Part shown: piece after piece, positions 27,309-38,855 of the stretch | How the letters are laid out: every line of letters begins with the position of its first letter | Numbering within the stretch: the first letter of the stretch is position 1 | Assembly (NCBI GenBank): GCA_015493425.1 | Contig: WGDG01000116.1 | Location: 1 to 40,850 of the forward strand | Direction of reading: 5' to 3' | Length of the DNA stretch: 40,850 nucleotides | DNA from: Sulfurovum sp. | Lineage (GTDB): Bacteria; Campylobacterota; Campylobacteria; Campylobacterales; Sulfurovaceae | Program-made: the position numbers and the translations under genes | Notes under the pieces: generated by a model | Databases searched by the model: none | Seen by the model: the letters and a program-made list of their open reading frames with translations, nothing else | What the model was told of the DNA's origin: nothing

Positions 27309-28632
27309 ATATCTCTTTCTCTTTAAACATCACTATCAATGAAAAGCCAAGTATAGCCATAAATGTTAAAAACATATGGTCTCGCATATTACTGTCGACC
27401 AGAAAACGGCTGAAAAATCCACTTACATTGAAGAATACAATAATGGCAAAATAACTGTCATAACGGAAAAAATAACTCGATGCAAGATACATCAGGTAAA
27501 TTCCGAATGCTACCCATAGCACAATGCCGGGAATACCGACACCTATCCCCATATCAATCAAACCGCTGTGAGAATGTCCTACGGTTCTTTTCTTCTCATG
27601 ATACTTTTTTTCAATCATATGCCCAAAAATATTACGGCCGTACCCTGCACCAAACGGGTGTTCTAAAATAAGTTTACTTCCTTCATACATCCAGGCTACC
27701 CTTTCATAATTTGAACCGCTGACCATTTGTCCATTCGACAGTTTAGGGTATGGATATCGATGATGATCCATCCATGCCTTATGATGGGCAGTATCCAATG
27801 CTATAGGAATGGTCTCTTTCAATGTTGCCCACCTACTGTCATGTTTAAGGTTGTACGCTGCAGGTATGGCAATACCTATCAGAATGGCCAATGAAATGAT
27901 CCACTTTGTTTTTTTCGTAACCCTTGTGTTCCCGTAAAATGAGAAAATGATGCTTGTTATACCTAAAAATATAATGGCTACTACACCATTACGCATTGCT
28001 TCAAAAGCTGAACTCATCAATGTCAATATTAAAATAAGAATCAAAGCAAAATGACTGACATTCAAAAGTTTTTTGCCTACCCTAAAGCGGTAGATCACTT
28101 CTGCCAAAATAAAAGAAAGTAAAACATTCGTAATATAGTTCGCTTTATCTGCTGCCGGCCCTTCTGTCAGTCCGGACACTCTTGTGATAATACTCTTATG
28201 CGTCACGTAATATTGAAGTTCATACAAATCAACATACAGCACATGCACAAACAGCATGAGAAAAATAAGGGCATACATATTTTTCCATGTTGCTACTTCC
28301 CTATAAGTTGCATATACTCCCAACATAGCAAATATTGCAAAATAGAGCAAGGGGGTGAGCCACTGCGACTTTATTTCTCCCAGTGACCAATGTGTCTCAT
28401 TAGAAATAAAGAAAGCAACAAAATAGATCCAGAGTGTCAAAACACCAAGAAGTATAAGCACTCTTTTCAATGCAGGCTCCATGGTGAAATCTTTATAGCT
28501 CTTATGCTTTATCAATACATATACCGTTACAAGGAGTAGTAAAAGTGCCAAAATATTACGGATTGCTATGGTATGCGGTATCGGTAAAACAAACAGCAGC
28601 GCACCTGTCAAAAAGTAGATAAGATTATTCAT
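27277..28632 (-). CDS. waaL: O-antigen ligase family protein
   Basis: Many TM segments, large periplasmic loop with ER..MY, HPFGAGYG and HSHSG; located within the core operon. Confidence 0.8.
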   Translation of the reverse strand: MNNLIYFLTGALLFVLPIPHTIAIRNILALLLLLVTVYVLIKHKSYKDFTMEPALKRVLILLGVLTLWIYFVAFFISNETHWSLGEIKSQWLTPLLYFAIFAMLGVYATYREVATWKNMYALIFLMLFVHVLYVDLYELQYYVTHKSIITRVSGLTEGPAADKANYITNVLLSFILAEVIYRFRVGKKLLNVSHFALILILILTLMSSAFEAMRNGVVAIIFLGITSIIFSFYGNTRVTKKTKWIISLAILIGIAIPAAYNLKHDSRWATLKETIPIALDTAHHKAWMDHHRYPYPKLSNGQMVSGSNYERVAWMYEGSKLILEHPFGAGYGRNIFGHMIEKKYHEKKRTVGHSHSGLIDMGIGVGIPGIVLWVAFGIYLMYLASSYFFRYDSYFAIIVFFNVSGFFSRFLVDSNMRDHMFLTFMAILGFSLIVMFKEKEIYETDYLHSRQ

Positions 28633-29800
28633 TTTTCAAATCCTGATAGAGTTTTTCCAACTTGTCAGCAATTACGTGCATATCAAACTTCTCAACGGCT
28701 ACCTTTCTTGCGTTCAGACGTATTGATTTCATTTTATCAGAGTCCAAAGTGTTCAATACCTCTTCTACTGTTTCAATCACCGCTTCAAGAGAGGCATTTT
28801 CCGGAAGCAGAAAACCGTTATCGCCATCTGTAATCGTCTCTTTGATGCCGCCAACAGCAGAACTGACCGTTACACATCCCGATGCAATGGATTCTACCAT
28901 TGTCATCCCCTGTGCTTCATCCAAAGACATCAATACAGATATATCTGTCATTTGAAAAATTTCAGCCAATGCAGAGTGCTGTTGAGAAGGCAGTTCCCTG
29001 TATTTTTGATGTTTTAAAAGTTTCTGCCTTACTTTTTGCCGTTGTTCATAAGTTTCTTCTGTTTTTGCATCTTCCGGTTCCGGTCCTACTGCCAGAACCG
29101 TAATGTTTGAATACTTTTCAAGCAGATAGTCCGCCAAAGACAGAAAAAGATCAAACCTTTTCCCCTCCTGTTTTCGCCCGATAAACGATACAACTACATC
29201 GCGCCTCGCTATCTGATATTTCTCTTTCAGATGAACGGTATCATCCAATGGTTTGAAAACATCTGTGTTAACACCATTGGTTATCGTAACAATTCTCTCT
29301 TCGGGATACCCTTTTTCAATCAAAATGTTCCGTATATGTTCTGAAACTGCAATATATCTGTCTGCTACACCAAGATGTTCTTTGAACCTGTTGACTGTTA
29401 CCGGAGCCTCAATGGCTATTTTTGTATTTTCGGATCTATTCTGTAGCCGCTTTCTAAAATCCGCTACCGGAAACTCAAGTTGATGCACATGTACAATGTC
29501 AACCGGATGCTGATTGACAATGTTGGCAGCACGCACATGGAGAGGATAGGGATCAAGCTTCGTTATTTTTCTAAAGAGCCGCCTGTAGAGTCTGCTCTCC
29601 TGAATTCTGAACACTTCCCCTACTTCTGTATATTCATGTGAGAGAGGATCGTTCTCCCGGTTTGCAATAAAATAGATATCGATCTTCTCTTTATCGATAT
29701 ACCTAGCATAGTTTTGTGCCACGATTGCCGGAGCAAACCCTCTCTTGTCAGGAATCGCGCCATGCGGCACATATTGGCATACTTTTATTTTAGAGGGCAT
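28625..29800 (-). CDS. GT4 glycosyltransferase
   Basis: AVSE, NGVN..F.P, FIGR and E.QGMTMVES.ASG motifs. Confidence 0.85.
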   Translation of the reverse strand: MPSKIKVCQYVPHGAIPDKRGFAPAIVAQNYARYIDKEKIDIYFIANRENDPLSHEYTEVGEVFRIQESRLYRRLFRKITKLDPYPLHVRAANIVNQHPVDIVHVHQLEFPVADFRKRLQNRSENTKIAIEAPVTVNRFKEHLGVADRYIAVSEHIRNILIEKGYPEERIVTITNGVNTDVFKPLDDTVHLKEKYQIARRDVVVSFIGRKQEGKRFDLFLSLADYLLEKYSNITVLAVGPEPEDAKTEETYEQRQKVRQKLLKHQKYRELPSQQHSALAEIFQMTDISVLMSLDEAQGMTMVESIASGCVTVSSAVGGIKETITDGDNGFLLPENASLEAVIETVEEVLNTLDSDKMKSIRLNARKVAVEKFDMHVIADKLEKLYQDLKNE

Positions 29801-30807
29801 TGCGCTTCCTCCAGATCAACTGTCGTTTCTTCGTCATAAGTACAGTTAAAAATACCCTTCTCAAAAAGCCTCTTGATACAGATCGGATCCTTACAGGATT
29901 TGACAAAACAGAATATGCCGTGAAGCGACTGGTCTCTCACTACTTTAACACGGTCATTGTTGTCCAAAATAGTAAAAGGGGCTGTTGGACCAAATACTGC
30001 TATGCTCTCTACTCCCAGTGCCAATGCCAGATGCAAAGGGCCGGAATCGACACCAACAAACAGATCGGTATCAAGCATTTGTCTCACATAGGCAGATGAG
30101 GCCTTTGTACTTTTCGAAAAGACAAACTGCTCGACACCTTCAGCCATCTTTTCATACCCCTTTGGTATAGAAACCGTTATGGTCGGATTGTCAAACTTTT
30201 GTTTGAGCTGTCCAATAAGCCGCTCCAGTGAAACCGTATCTATATTTTTCGTAACATCCGAAGAGATAGGTGCGATCAGAACATTGTTAACCGATGTGAA
30301 TGTCGGTTCTCTTAACACTTTCTGCGTCTGCACAGGTAAATGCAAATAGTAGCGGACTCTGTCGTAAAGGTTGTCCGTCTTTGAAAAACTATCCATCTTT
30401 TTGAAGAAAGAAAACTTTTTGCAGTAGGTAAGAAAAAATTCACTGTCATCCCCGTGTCCCCATGGGTTGAAGCCCAAATCAAAATGCTCTTTTCTGAGGT
30501 ACCTTACCGTACGGTAAAGTTCCCATGGATTGCGTTTGTTCACCTTTAAAAAAGTAACATTTTCTGATTTGATAATCGCTTTTGCATAGGGAAGATGCTG
30601 TCGAGTTGTCAAAACAGCGTAGCGCTTTCGGGGATATTGGGCGATAAACGCATTAATAACTTTAAATGAAATGATCCCGTCACCATACCGTGCAAACACA
30701 GAAAAGAGTACTGACTCTGCATTTTCAATATCATGAGGGGTGACTTCACAATGCATCTGTGCATGGGTTTTAACCTTTTTTCGCAACAACTGCTTAAGCA
30801 TCTTCAT
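29785..30807 (-). CDS. GT9 (heptosyltransferase family) glycosyltransferase
   Basis: RYGD and FVGVDSGPLHLA...FGPT motifs; start uncertain (30819, 30807 or 30801). Confidence 0.8.
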   Translation of the reverse strand: MKMLKQLLRKKVKTHAQMHCEVTPHDIENAESVLFSVFARYGDGIISFKVINAFIAQYPRKRYAVLTTRQHLPYAKAIIKSENVTFLKVNKRNPWELYRTVRYLRKEHFDLGFNPWGHGDDSEFFLTYCKKFSFFKKMDSFSKTDNLYDRVRYYLHLPVQTQKVLREPTFTSVNNVLIAPISSDVTKNIDTVSLERLIGQLKQKFDNPTITVSIPKGYEKMAEGVEQFVFSKSTKASSAYVRQMLDTDLFVGVDSGPLHLALALGVESIAVFGPTAPFTILDNNDRVKVVRDQSLHGIFCFVKSCKDPICIKRLFEKGIFNCTYDEETTVDLEEAQCPLK

Positions 30808-31780
30808 TCGCTCCGGCACTGTGTTTGTTCAATACTTCATTGACTTTTGCCACTATTTTTTCATTCTCAATATTTTCGGCTTTTTTGCTTTTATCCTGTA
30901 TGACAAGGTTTTTGTAGCCCCAGGGGTACCATCTTTCCAAAGGAGATTTTCCAAACAGAGCCATTGTCGGCACGCCCAGAGCCGGTGCAAGATGCATTGC
31001 TCCTCCCTCAAGCGTTATGAAGAGTTCTGCTCTCATGAGCAAAGCACCAAGGTCTAAAAAAGATTCTGTCTTGATAAATCGTGATGGTGTATGCTTTGCC
31101 AATTTTTTTGCCACTTCAAAATCATCCGGTTCTGCGGTAATAACCACGGGTCTCCCAAGTAAATCCAAAACTGTTTTGAGCTTTTCATAACTCATCTTGT
31201 TCTCTTGCATACGAGCAGAGATGTGGAAAACAACTTCCGTTTGCAGATCATCATATCTCTTTTTCAAATCCTCTTTTATATAAAACCTTGGACGTTCTTT
31301 TCCCGGTTCAACCCCAAAGGGTACCAGACAGTCATAACAGAATTCAACCTCATGACGATCCTCTGAAAACGGAATATGCGTGGTAAAACCATCCTGCCCC
31401 TTTGGATTTTTTACACCAACCCTATGTACCGCCCCTGCAACCGAAGCAAACAGTTCTGCCGATTTCGAGTAGCCGGTTCGAAATACGACCACCGCATTAT
31501 ACTTCTCTTTTCGGATATCAAACAGTATTTTCAATTTGCCCAGCCCCGCCTTAAGCTTCTCACTCAGCTTTTTTGTATGCTTTGGCTTCGTATAACAGTA
31601 GACGGTATCGACAAAAGGATTTTTATGGATCGCATCGTAATTGTAGGAGTTGACAACAATGTCTATCTGTGCATTGGGATACTTTTTTCGCAATGCTTCA
31701 ATGGCCGGGGTAGTACAAATGAGGTCACCAATATTATCGTTTCTTACCAGAAGTATTTTTTTATTCTTAAGATCAATCAT
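30794..31780 (-). CDS. GT9 glycosyltransferase
   Basis: RNDNIGDL, EGGAMHLA.ALG and W.PW motifs; start taken at ATG 31780 overlapping the upstream stop. Confidence 0.83.
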   Translation of the reverse strand: MIDLKNKKILLVRNDNIGDLICTTPAIEALRKKYPNAQIDIVVNSYNYDAIHKNPFVDTVYCYTKPKHTKKLSEKLKAGLGKLKILFDIRKEKYNAVVVFRTGYSKSAELFASVAGAVHRVGVKNPKGQDGFTTHIPFSEDRHEVEFCYDCLVPFGVEPGKERPRFYIKEDLKKRYDDLQTEVVFHISARMQENKMSYEKLKTVLDLLGRPVVITAEPDDFEVAKKLAKHTPSRFIKTESFLDLGALLMRAELFITLEGGAMHLAPALGVPTMALFGKSPLERWYPWGYKNLVIQDKSKKAENIENEKIVAKVNEVLNKHSAGANEDA

Positions 31781-32840
31781 TGTACTGCTTTTTTTCAAAT
31801 TGTCTGTATGCATCCACTACTTCCTCTACCGATATCAAATCAATACCCTCTTGACCTCGCTGCTTTTTGGGCTTGTTATTCACAAAGAAACCATCTTTTT
31901 GTATAACCGTATGCAACTCAGGATCCTGATAAGGACCATATATCTGATAATCTGTCGGCCCGAAAAGTGAAATCGTCGGCACTTTCAGAGCAATCGCCAA
32001 GTGCAATGCACCTGTATCATTGGTGATTAATATATCAAGATTTTTAATTGTATCAGCCAATTCGGTAATCGATGTTTTACAACATACATTGATTATACTA
32101 TGCTTGGACTTTACTTCTTTCATAAAACGGTCAGTATAGCTCTTTTCCAGCGGTGTCGCACCAAGCAGTACGAATTGGATATTCTCTCCCCTGTCAAGCT
32201 CCTGAGCCAAACGGATAAACTTCTCAATAGGCCAGATTTTATACAGGTCCTGCGCACCCACCTGCAAACCTACCCTCTTTCGGTTTGTATCAACTTTTTT
32301 CTCTATTTTTGGCTTATACCCTATCTCCATGGTAGTGTCAATCACTTTCGGTGCATATAACTGTACCAGGTCGATTTTGGTCTCAATGATATGTTGATGT
32401 TTCCTGTTTGGCTGGTTCAAAAATATCTTTTTGAACGGATGATCCACATTGTCTGTAACCTTTAAAATATTACTTGCGCCACTCAACATTGAAAAGAATA
32501 CATCCTCCGGGCCGTTGGAGTGAAACAAAAAGATGGTATCTATTTCTCTTTGGCGTATCTCCTGTACAATTTTTAACTGATTCAGTATACCTGTACCATA
32601 CAAAATAAAATCATCTACATACCCAAATTCTTTATAGAGCGGATACATCATTTTATTAATCATAAAAGTTATTTTTATATCAGGAAAACTTTTTCGAAGT
32701 GTTTTAATAGCAGGCGAGGATAAAATAGTATCCCCCAGCCCTGTATTGGAAACTACCAATACATTTTTAAGTCTATTGGGCTGTGTACTGTAAGCCGCCT
32801 GTTTTAGAAGGATTTTATTGACAAGATTCAGCATTTTCAT
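31773..32840 (-). CDS. GT9 glycosyltransferase
   Basis: TGLGD, K.WP and TNDTGALHLA...LFGPT motifs; start moved to ATG 32840. Confidence 0.83.
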   Translation of the reverse strand: MKMLNLVNKILLKQAAYSTQPNRLKNVLVVSNTGLGDTILSSPAIKTLRKSFPDIKITFMINKMMYPLYKEFGYVDDFILYGTGILNQLKIVQEIRQREIDTIFLFHSNGPEDVFFSMLSGASNILKVTDNVDHPFKKIFLNQPNRKHQHIIETKIDLVQLYAPKVIDTTMEIGYKPKIEKKVDTNRKRVGLQVGAQDLYKIWPIEKFIRLAQELDRGENIQFVLLGATPLEKSYTDRFMKEVKSKHSIINVCCKTSITELADTIKNLDILITNDTGALHLAIALKVPTISLFGPTDYQIYGPYQDPELHTVIQKDGFFVNNKPKKQRGQEGIDLISVEEVVDAYRQFEKKQYND

Positions 32841-33915
32841 ACAATAACTCTTTATACACCCGCTCCAATGTCTTCGCCATCGTCTGAGTTGTAAAATTTT
32901 CAAGCATATATGCTCTTGTGTTTTTCTCTTCTGCTTCAATCTGCAGCTGTATACCTTTTACGATCGCCTCTTTGTTGTTTACCGGAATTAAAACAAAGTT
33001 CTCATCATTGTGCAGATCCGCTGTACTTCCGGCATTGGTTGCCACAACCTTTTTGTTCATCAAAAGCGCCTGTATCACTGACTGAGGCACCCCCTCTTTT
33101 GAATCAGAGGAAAGTACAAAAACATCAATGGCACGTAAGAACTCGGGAACATTGTCAAGATGTCCAAGCATTACTACGTTATCTGTAATATTCAACTCTT
33201 GTGCAAGTGTTTCAATTCTCTCTTTCTGAGGCCCGTCCCCCGCAATGGCAAACTTCAGCTTCTTTCCCCTTGATTCTTCCAGCAAACTTTTTGCAGCTTC
33301 CAAAAAAAGGTCATGCCGTTTAAACTGCCGCAGCACTGCAACAATGCCGATGACAATTTCATCCTCTTCAAATCCGAACTTTTTCCTCGCTTCCAGACGG
33401 TCGTAACGTGCCGGATCAAACAGTGTGGCATCTATGCCTGTCGGTACCGACAGAATTTTTTCAGGATCGATCCTGTTATGTTCAATCATATCATTTCGGA
33501 CACTCTCTCCTGTGGTAAAAATAAAGTCGGCTAACTCGTTGATGAAGTTCGTTCGACTGCTGTTGATGGGGTTTGAGAGGTGTCTGGTTCTGATGAATTT
33601 AACTCCGGTAAGCTTTGCAGCAAGTCCCCCTACCCATGTATCTTTGCCACTGTGTGTATTGACAATATCAATATTGTGTTTTTTGATAATCCTGGTCAGT
33701 CCATAGAGTGTTTTGATATCTGTATTTCCACGAAAAGGAAGGGTAAAGACTTTAAAGCCCGCCTCCTGGGCTTTTTCTTTAATAGTTGCATCTTCCCGGC
33801 ATGCCAAAAAAAGCTCAATACCTTTTTCACGCATTGCAATCATTTCATTGACAATACGTATCTCCTGCCCGCCCCAGCCGTCGGACCACTCCGTATGTAA
33901 AACCTTTATTGCCAT
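32815..33915 (-). CDS. GT4 glycosyltransferase
   Basis: HTEWSDGWGGQE, THS..D, RTRH, GDGP and EGVPQS motifs. Confidence 0.85.
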   Translation of the reverse strand: MAIKVLHTEWSDGWGGQEIRIVNEMIAMREKGIELFLACREDATIKEKAQEAGFKVFTLPFRGNTDIKTLYGLTRIIKKHNIDIVNTHSGKDTWVGGLAAKLTGVKFIRTRHLSNPINSSRTNFINELADFIFTTGESVRNDMIEHNRIDPEKILSVPTGIDATLFDPARYDRLEARKKFGFEEDEIVIGIVAVLRQFKRHDLFLEAAKSLLEESRGKKLKFAIAGDGPQKERIETLAQELNITDNVVMLGHLDNVPEFLRAIDVFVLSSDSKEGVPQSVIQALLMNKKVVATNAGSTADLHNDENFVLIPVNNKEAIVKGIQLQIEAEEKNTRAYMLENFTTQTMAKTLERVYKELLYENAESCQ

Positions 33916-33916
33916 C

Positions 33917-34993
33917 CTATTTTGCCACCTTTGTTGTTTGATCTATTGCATCGATATTCTGCTGGATGAAAGCCATATCAAGCCTCATAAGGCAGTCACT
34001 GATCTTGGTCCCTTCACACCCATCTTTGCCGCACGGAACACACTCCCAGCTTTCCTGTATGACACGGTGACGCCCCATCGTCTGAAAGCCTTTTCTCTGT
34101 CTGTAGCCGGATCCCTTCTCATCGTTGTCCCACGGTCCCCAGTGGTCTGCACCGCTTGGGCCGAAAAAGGCAAGTACCGGTACATCGTTTGCTGCGCTGA
34201 TGTGCATAATGGCCGTGTCGACACCGATGAAAAAGGCTGCCTTTTTGTTGAGTGCCGCTGTCTGCTTGAGTGTCAGTTTTCCTGCCATATTGACCGGCTT
34301 GCTACTGCAGTGGCTTAAAATGGCCTCAATCTTTTGCATCTCCTCTTCCACCGGTGCGGCAGTAAGAACCACTTTTGTTTTCAGCGTGTTTTCCACATAG
34401 TCAATCATCATCGCCATCGTCTCATCTGCCACGCACTTGAAGAGCCAGCGGGAAACGGGATGAATATGCACAAAACGTTTGGGTAGTCCTTCCACTTCAT
34501 CCGCTTCGCTCCAGAAGATAGAAACCCGCTTAGTCTCTACCGGCAAGCCAAGCACACGAAGCACATCCAGATTGGTCTCTACCGTATGTCGAAACTCTTG
34601 TTCAGGCAGTGTACGGGTAAACACATTTTTGAGCAGGCGGTTCTTTTTGACAGGGTAGCCCACTTTGACCCCGGCACCGCTGACCAGCGCTATCTGCGCA
34701 CCCCTGTCACCCCCGGTCGTGTTGATGACCATATCGTACTTTTGGGCGCGTATTTTCCGTACAAACGCCACCTCGGCCTTGAGCCGTTTCCAAAGAGACA
34801 GTTTCTTGATACGTTCGCGGTCATACACATGAATAACATCAACATTGGGGTTATGGGTAAGCATTGTTTCAGTACCGGCATTCACCGCCGCATCAATCTG
34901 TGCATCGGGATAGCAGCGCCGCAGGTTTTCAAAAAGCGGTGCGGTCAAAAGCACATCGCCGATGTTCCTGAATTTCATAACTAGAATTTTCAT
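33917..34993 (-). CDS. waaQ: Putative LPS heptosyltransferase III (GT9, RfaQ/WaaQ-like)
   Basis: KFRNIGDVLL, GDRGA, HPVSRWLFKC, GVDTAIMH, FGPS...WGPW and C.PCG.DGC motifs. Confidence 0.75.
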   Translation of the reverse strand: MKILVMKFRNIGDVLLTAPLFENLRRCYPDAQIDAAVNAGTETMLTHNPNVDVIHVYDRERIKKLSLWKRLKAEVAFVRKIRAQKYDMVINTTGGDRGAQIALVSGAGVKVGYPVKKNRLLKNVFTRTLPEQEFRHTVETNLDVLRVLGLPVETKRVSIFWSEADEVEGLPKRFVHIHPVSRWLFKCVADETMAMMIDYVENTLKTKVVLTAAPVEEEMQKIEAILSHCSSKPVNMAGKLTLKQTAALNKKAAFFIGVDTAIMHISAANDVPVLAFFGPSGADHWGPWDNDEKGSGYRQRKGFQTMGRHRVIQESWECVPCGKDGCEGTKISDCLMRLDMAFIQQNIDAIDQTTKVAK

Positions 34994-35700
34994 TTTACAT
35001 ACTTCCAGAAGGTGTACTGTGCATATAGCCTTGCAATAACAAAGCCGTCCCAGCCATCAAGAAAGCCGCGCTTGATGATGTAGAGCTTAAAAAAAGTCCA
35101 GCAGGGATTGAAGAGCGCCTTGAGCCTGTTTGGCTTTTTATGGTGCAATGTCGAGTAGCGGTTCTGCTTGGTGATGAAGGCTTCGATGCTTTCATAGGCA
35201 AGGTGTTCCATAGGTGAGGCAAGCGTACCTGTTTTTTCTGCTGTATGTACCGATTCATGCACAGGGGCATCATCAAAGTGCGCTTTGCGTCTGTCAAAAA
35301 GCCGAATGGTACTGTCTGGGTAGAGTCCTCCGTGACGGATAGGCTTTCCCCAGAAGTAGTTCAAACGAGGCACGAAATAGGCGCTATATTGGGGAGTTTC
35401 AAGCACTTGTATTATCTCTTCTTGCAGCGCTTTGGTAATACGTTCATCCGCATCGAGCACGAATACCCAGTCGTTTTCCGAAAGCGCCACGGCACGCTGC
35501 TTCTGCTTTCCAAACCCCAGCCACTCCTGCTGTTCCACCTTTGCTCCCAATGCAGCAGCGATCTGGCAGGTTCTGTCTGTCGAACCGCTGTCAAGTACCA
35601 GTATCTCATTTGCAAACTGTGCCGACTTTACCGCATCGGCGATATGTTTTTCTTCGTTGTAGGTGATGAGAACGACAGAGAGCGGATTAGTTGTAGCCAT
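34990..35700 (-). CDS. GT2 beta-1,4-glucosyltransferase (WaaE/KdtX/LgtF-like)
   Basis: LSVVLITYNEE, DSGSTD, W.GFG.QK, LDADE, VHE and GFLDG motifs. Confidence 0.85.
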   Translation of the reverse strand: MATTNPLSVVLITYNEEKHIADAVKSAQFANEILVLDSGSTDRTCQIAAALGAKVEQQEWLGFGKQKQRAVALSENDWVFVLDADERITKALQEEIIQVLETPQYSAYFVPRLNYFWGKPIRHGGLYPDSTIRLFDRRKAHFDDAPVHESVHTAEKTGTLASPMEHLAYESIEAFITKQNRYSTLHHKKPNRLKALFNPCWTFFKLYIIKRGFLDGWDGFVIARLYAQYTFWKYVK

Positions 35701-36754
35701 AGAAGGTTTTATACCATTTTACGAATTCCCCTACCCCTTTTTCAAGCGGCGTGTAGGGTTTGTAGTCAAACTCCTCTATCAGTGCTGACGTATCGGCATA
35801 GGTCGATTCGACATCTCCGGGCTGCATCTGCATAAAGTTTTTCTGTGCCTCTTTCCCAAGCGCCTTCTCCATTGTTTCGATGAATGCCATCAAGGCTACC
35901 GGCGCGTTATTGCCAATGTTATAGATGCGGTAAGGCGCAGAAGAGATGGCGGGGTTTGGCTGCATAGGATCAAAAGCGGCATCAGGTGTCGCCGGCTTGT
36001 CCAGTACCTTGATGACACCGTCGACAATATCGTCAATATAGGTAAAGTCCCTGCTCATCTTTCCATGGTTGAATACCTTGATAGGCCTGTCGTTCAAAAT
36101 AGCGTCTGCAAAGAGCATCGGCGCCATATCGGGTCTTCCCCACGGTCCGTAGACGGTGAAGAAACGCAGTCCGGTTGCCTGAATACCGTAGAGGTGAGCA
36201 TAGGTGTGCGCCATCATCTCGTTGGATTTTTTTGTCGCTGCATACATGCTCACCTGATGGTCGGTATGGTCGCTTGTTTTGAATGGCTGTGATTTGTTCA
36301 AACCGTAGACGGAGGAGCTTGAAGCAAAGCAGAGATTTTTCACGCCGGTGTGGCGGCACCCCTCCAGAATGTTGGCAAACCCTACCACGTTGCTTTGCAC
36401 ATACGCGTGCGGGTTCTCAAGAGAGTATCGTACCCCCGCCTGTGCGGCAAGGTTACAGACCGCATCGAACTTCTCTGTTTCAAAGAGCGTCATCATCTTT
36501 GCCGTATCGGCAAGATCCATAGCGATGAAACGGTATTTTCCGGGGTACGCTGAGGAGGCGACCCCCATTTCACCGCCGTCCACTACAGCCTCCTGGTCGA
36601 TGCCAAGCCTCTCGAGTCTGGCATATTTCAGGTTGACATCGTAATAGTCGTTGAGGTTGTCGATGCCGACCACCTCATCACCGCGTTCAAGCAGCTTTTG
36701 TGCCAAATGAAACCCGATAAACCCCGCGCTTCCCGTTACAAGTATTTTCATCAA
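35687..36754 (-). CDS. uge: NAD-dependent epimerase, UDP-glucuronate 4-epimerase type
   Basis: [32 protein letters not shown] and [14 protein letters not shown] motifs; follows ugd. Confidence 0.85.
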   Translation of the reverse strand: MMKILVTGSAGFIGFHLAQKLLERGDEVVGIDNLNDYYDVNLKYARLERLGIDQEAVVDGGEMGVASSAYPGKYRFIAMDLADTAKMMTLFETEKFDAVCNLAAQAGVRYSLENPHAYVQSNVVGFANILEGCRHTGVKNLCFASSSSVYGLNKSQPFKTSDHTDHQVSMYAATKKSNEMMAHTYAHLYGIQATGLRFFTVYGPWGRPDMAPMLFADAILNDRPIKVFNHGKMSRDFTYIDDIVDGVIKVLDKPATPDAAFDPMQPNPAISSAPYRIYNIGNNAPVALMAFIETMEKALGKEAQKNFMQMQPGDVESTYADTSALIEEFDYKPYTPLEKGVGEFVKWYKTFYGYN

Positions 36755-37962
36755 TTCTCTCCGAATATATCTCTGGTGTAGACCTTCTGTGCCACATCCT
36801 TCAGGCTTTCTGAAAGCCTGTTGGCGACAATAACATCAGAGATCTGCTTGAACTCTTCAAGGTCACGAATGACACGGGAGTTGAAGAAACGCTCCTCTTC
36901 AAGTACCGGTTCGTAGATGACCACCTCAACCCCTTTGGCCTTGATGCGCTTCATAATCCCCTGAATGGCAGAGCTTCTAAAGTTGTCCGACCCCTGCTTC
37001 ATGGTCAAACGGTAGATGCCCACCACACCGTTGGGGTACTTTTCGGATGGGTTGCGGTCTTTGAGCCGTTTGATAATACTGTCGGCAATAAAGTCTTTTC
37101 GGGTACTGTTGGCATCAACAATGGCCCGTATCATATTCGAAGGTACATCTTTATAGTTGGCCAGCAGCTGCTTGGTATCTTTGGGCAAACAGTAGCCTCC
37201 GTAACCAAAACTCGGGTTGTTGTAGTGCGTCCCTATACGTGGATCGAGCCCCACCCCTTCAATGATCTGGCGGCTGTCAAGTCCATGTGTCTCTGCATAG
37301 GAATCCAGCTCGTTGAAATACGCCACTCTCATAGCAAGATACGTATTGGAAAAGAGTTTAATCGCCTCAGCTTCCGTCGAGTCGGTAAAAAGTACAGGAA
37401 CATCCTTTTTGAGTGCCCCCCGGGCAAGCAGATTCGCAAATGTTTTTGCCCGCTCGCTGCGTTCTCCCACGACAATGCGGCTGGGGTAAAGATTGTCATA
37501 GAGCGCTTTGCCTTCACGCAGAAACTCCGGAGAGAAAATCAGATTGTCAATTCCAAAACGCTCTCTTGTCTCTTTGGTATAGCCCACAGGTACAGTAGAT
37601 TTGATCACCATCACCGCATCGGGGTTGACGCTGAGAACATCTTTGATGACTGCTTCAACCGACTTGGTGTTAAAATAGTTTGTTTCCGGGTCATAGTCTG
37701 TCGGAGTCGCTATGATAACAAAATCGGCATCTTTGTAAGCTTCGTTTTTATCCGTTGTCGCCTTTAAACTTCCCTCTAATTCACCATGAATGGCTTTGGG
37801 AAGATAGCTCTCGATCTCACTGTCTTCAATAGGAGAAGTTCCCCGATTGACCATATCAACTTTTTCGGGAACGATATCCAATGCTGTCACATCATTGTGC
37901 TGTGACAGCAGGACACTGTTTGAAAGCCCCACATACCCTGTTCCCGCTACGGCGATCTTCAC
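36751..37962 (-). CDS. ugd: UDP-glucose 6-dehydrogenase
   Basis: GTGYVG, IATPT, KST, PEFLREG and [10 protein letters not shown] motifs. Confidence 0.95.
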   Translation of the reverse strand: MKIAVAGTGYVGLSNSVLLSQHNDVTALDIVPEKVDMVNRGTSPIEDSEIESYLPKAIHGELEGSLKATTDKNEAYKDADFVIIATPTDYDPETNYFNTKSVEAVIKDVLSVNPDAVMVIKSTVPVGYTKETRERFGIDNLIFSPEFLREGKALYDNLYPSRIVVGERSERAKTFANLLARGALKKDVPVLFTDSTEAEAIKLFSNTYLAMRVAYFNELDSYAETHGLDSRQIIEGVGLDPRIGTHYNNPSFGYGGYCLPKDTKQLLANYKDVPSNMIRAIVDANSTRKDFIADSIIKRLKDRNPSEKYPNGVVGIYRLTMKQGSDNFRSSAIQGIMKRIKAKGVEVVIYEPVLEEERFFNSRVIRDLEEFKQISDVIVANRLSESLKDVAQKVYTRDIFGEN

Positions 37963-38855
37963 TGTCTATACCTCTCTTCAAATTGATTTTTCCAACGCTG
38001 GTGCAGCCAAAACCACTCTTCAGGTTTCTGACGGATCACTTGTTCCGTTATTGTAGCCTGTTTTTGCACAGAGTCGTGAATATCAGCATCTTTATCATCA
38101 CTCTTTGGCGTATCGATGGGATCGTAAAAGGTCAGTGTAAAGTGCCGATGATCCACTGTGGTAATGAATACCGGAATGATCACAGCATCAAAACGTCGCG
38201 CAAGAATGGCGGCAGAAGGGGTATGACGTGCCGGTTTTCCAAAGAAATCTATTAGCAATCCTTCGCTTCCGGCAGTATTCTGGTCTACCAGAAGTCCCAG
38301 CATGCGGTCGGTTTTGAGTGCCTGTATCATCGCTTTCATCGCACCCTGTTTGTCAACAAGCTCAATATCGAACTGCTCCCGGTTCTGCTTGAGGATCTCG
38401 TTCATCCGTGGTGCATCGAGACTGCGTCCGATAATGGTCATCTTGCCAAACTTCGCGGCAATGGCAAGGGCTACAAGCTCCCAGTTACCATAGTGTGCTG
38501 TCACCAAAATGACCTTTTTCCCTTCAGCACGTGCTTTTTCGAGTACGGCTTCATTTTTAAAGGTGACTTTTTTCAAAAGTGCTTCTTTGCTGATACCCTG
38601 GTTTTTGACAAAATCCATCAGGGAAAAAAGCATATTCTGGTACACGGTTTTGATGATCTTCTCTTTCTCTTCTTTGCTCAGTGTATCGCCGTATGCCAAA
38701 TCGAGGTTAACCTCTGCAATTTTACGGTGTTTTTTGTCAAACATATAAATCAACCAGGCCAAGCCCTTGATAATCGTATCCGTGACAGGAGCAGGCAAAA
38801 TCCTTATAAGGAACCTGAAAAAGTTAAACGCCCACACATACAGCATATCGGTCAT
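37959..38855 (-). CDS. htrB: Lipid A biosynthesis (lauroyl) acyltransferase
   Basis: [14 protein letters not shown] and [12 protein letters not shown] motifs; follows waaC as in Campylobacter. Confidence 0.88.
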   Translation of the reverse strand: MTDMLYVWAFNFFRFLIRILPAPVTDTIIKGLAWLIYMFDKKHRKIAEVNLDLAYGDTLSKEEKEKIIKTVYQNMLFSLMDFVKNQGISKEALLKKVTFKNEAVLEKARAEGKKVILVTAHYGNWELVALAIAAKFGKMTIIGRSLDAPRMNEILKQNREQFDIELVDKQGAMKAMIQALKTDRMLGLLVDQNTAGSEGLLIDFFGKPARHTPSAAILARRFDAVIIPVFITTVDHRHFTLTFYDPIDTPKSDDKDADIHDSVQKQATITEQVIRQKPEEWFWLHQRWKNQFEERYRQ

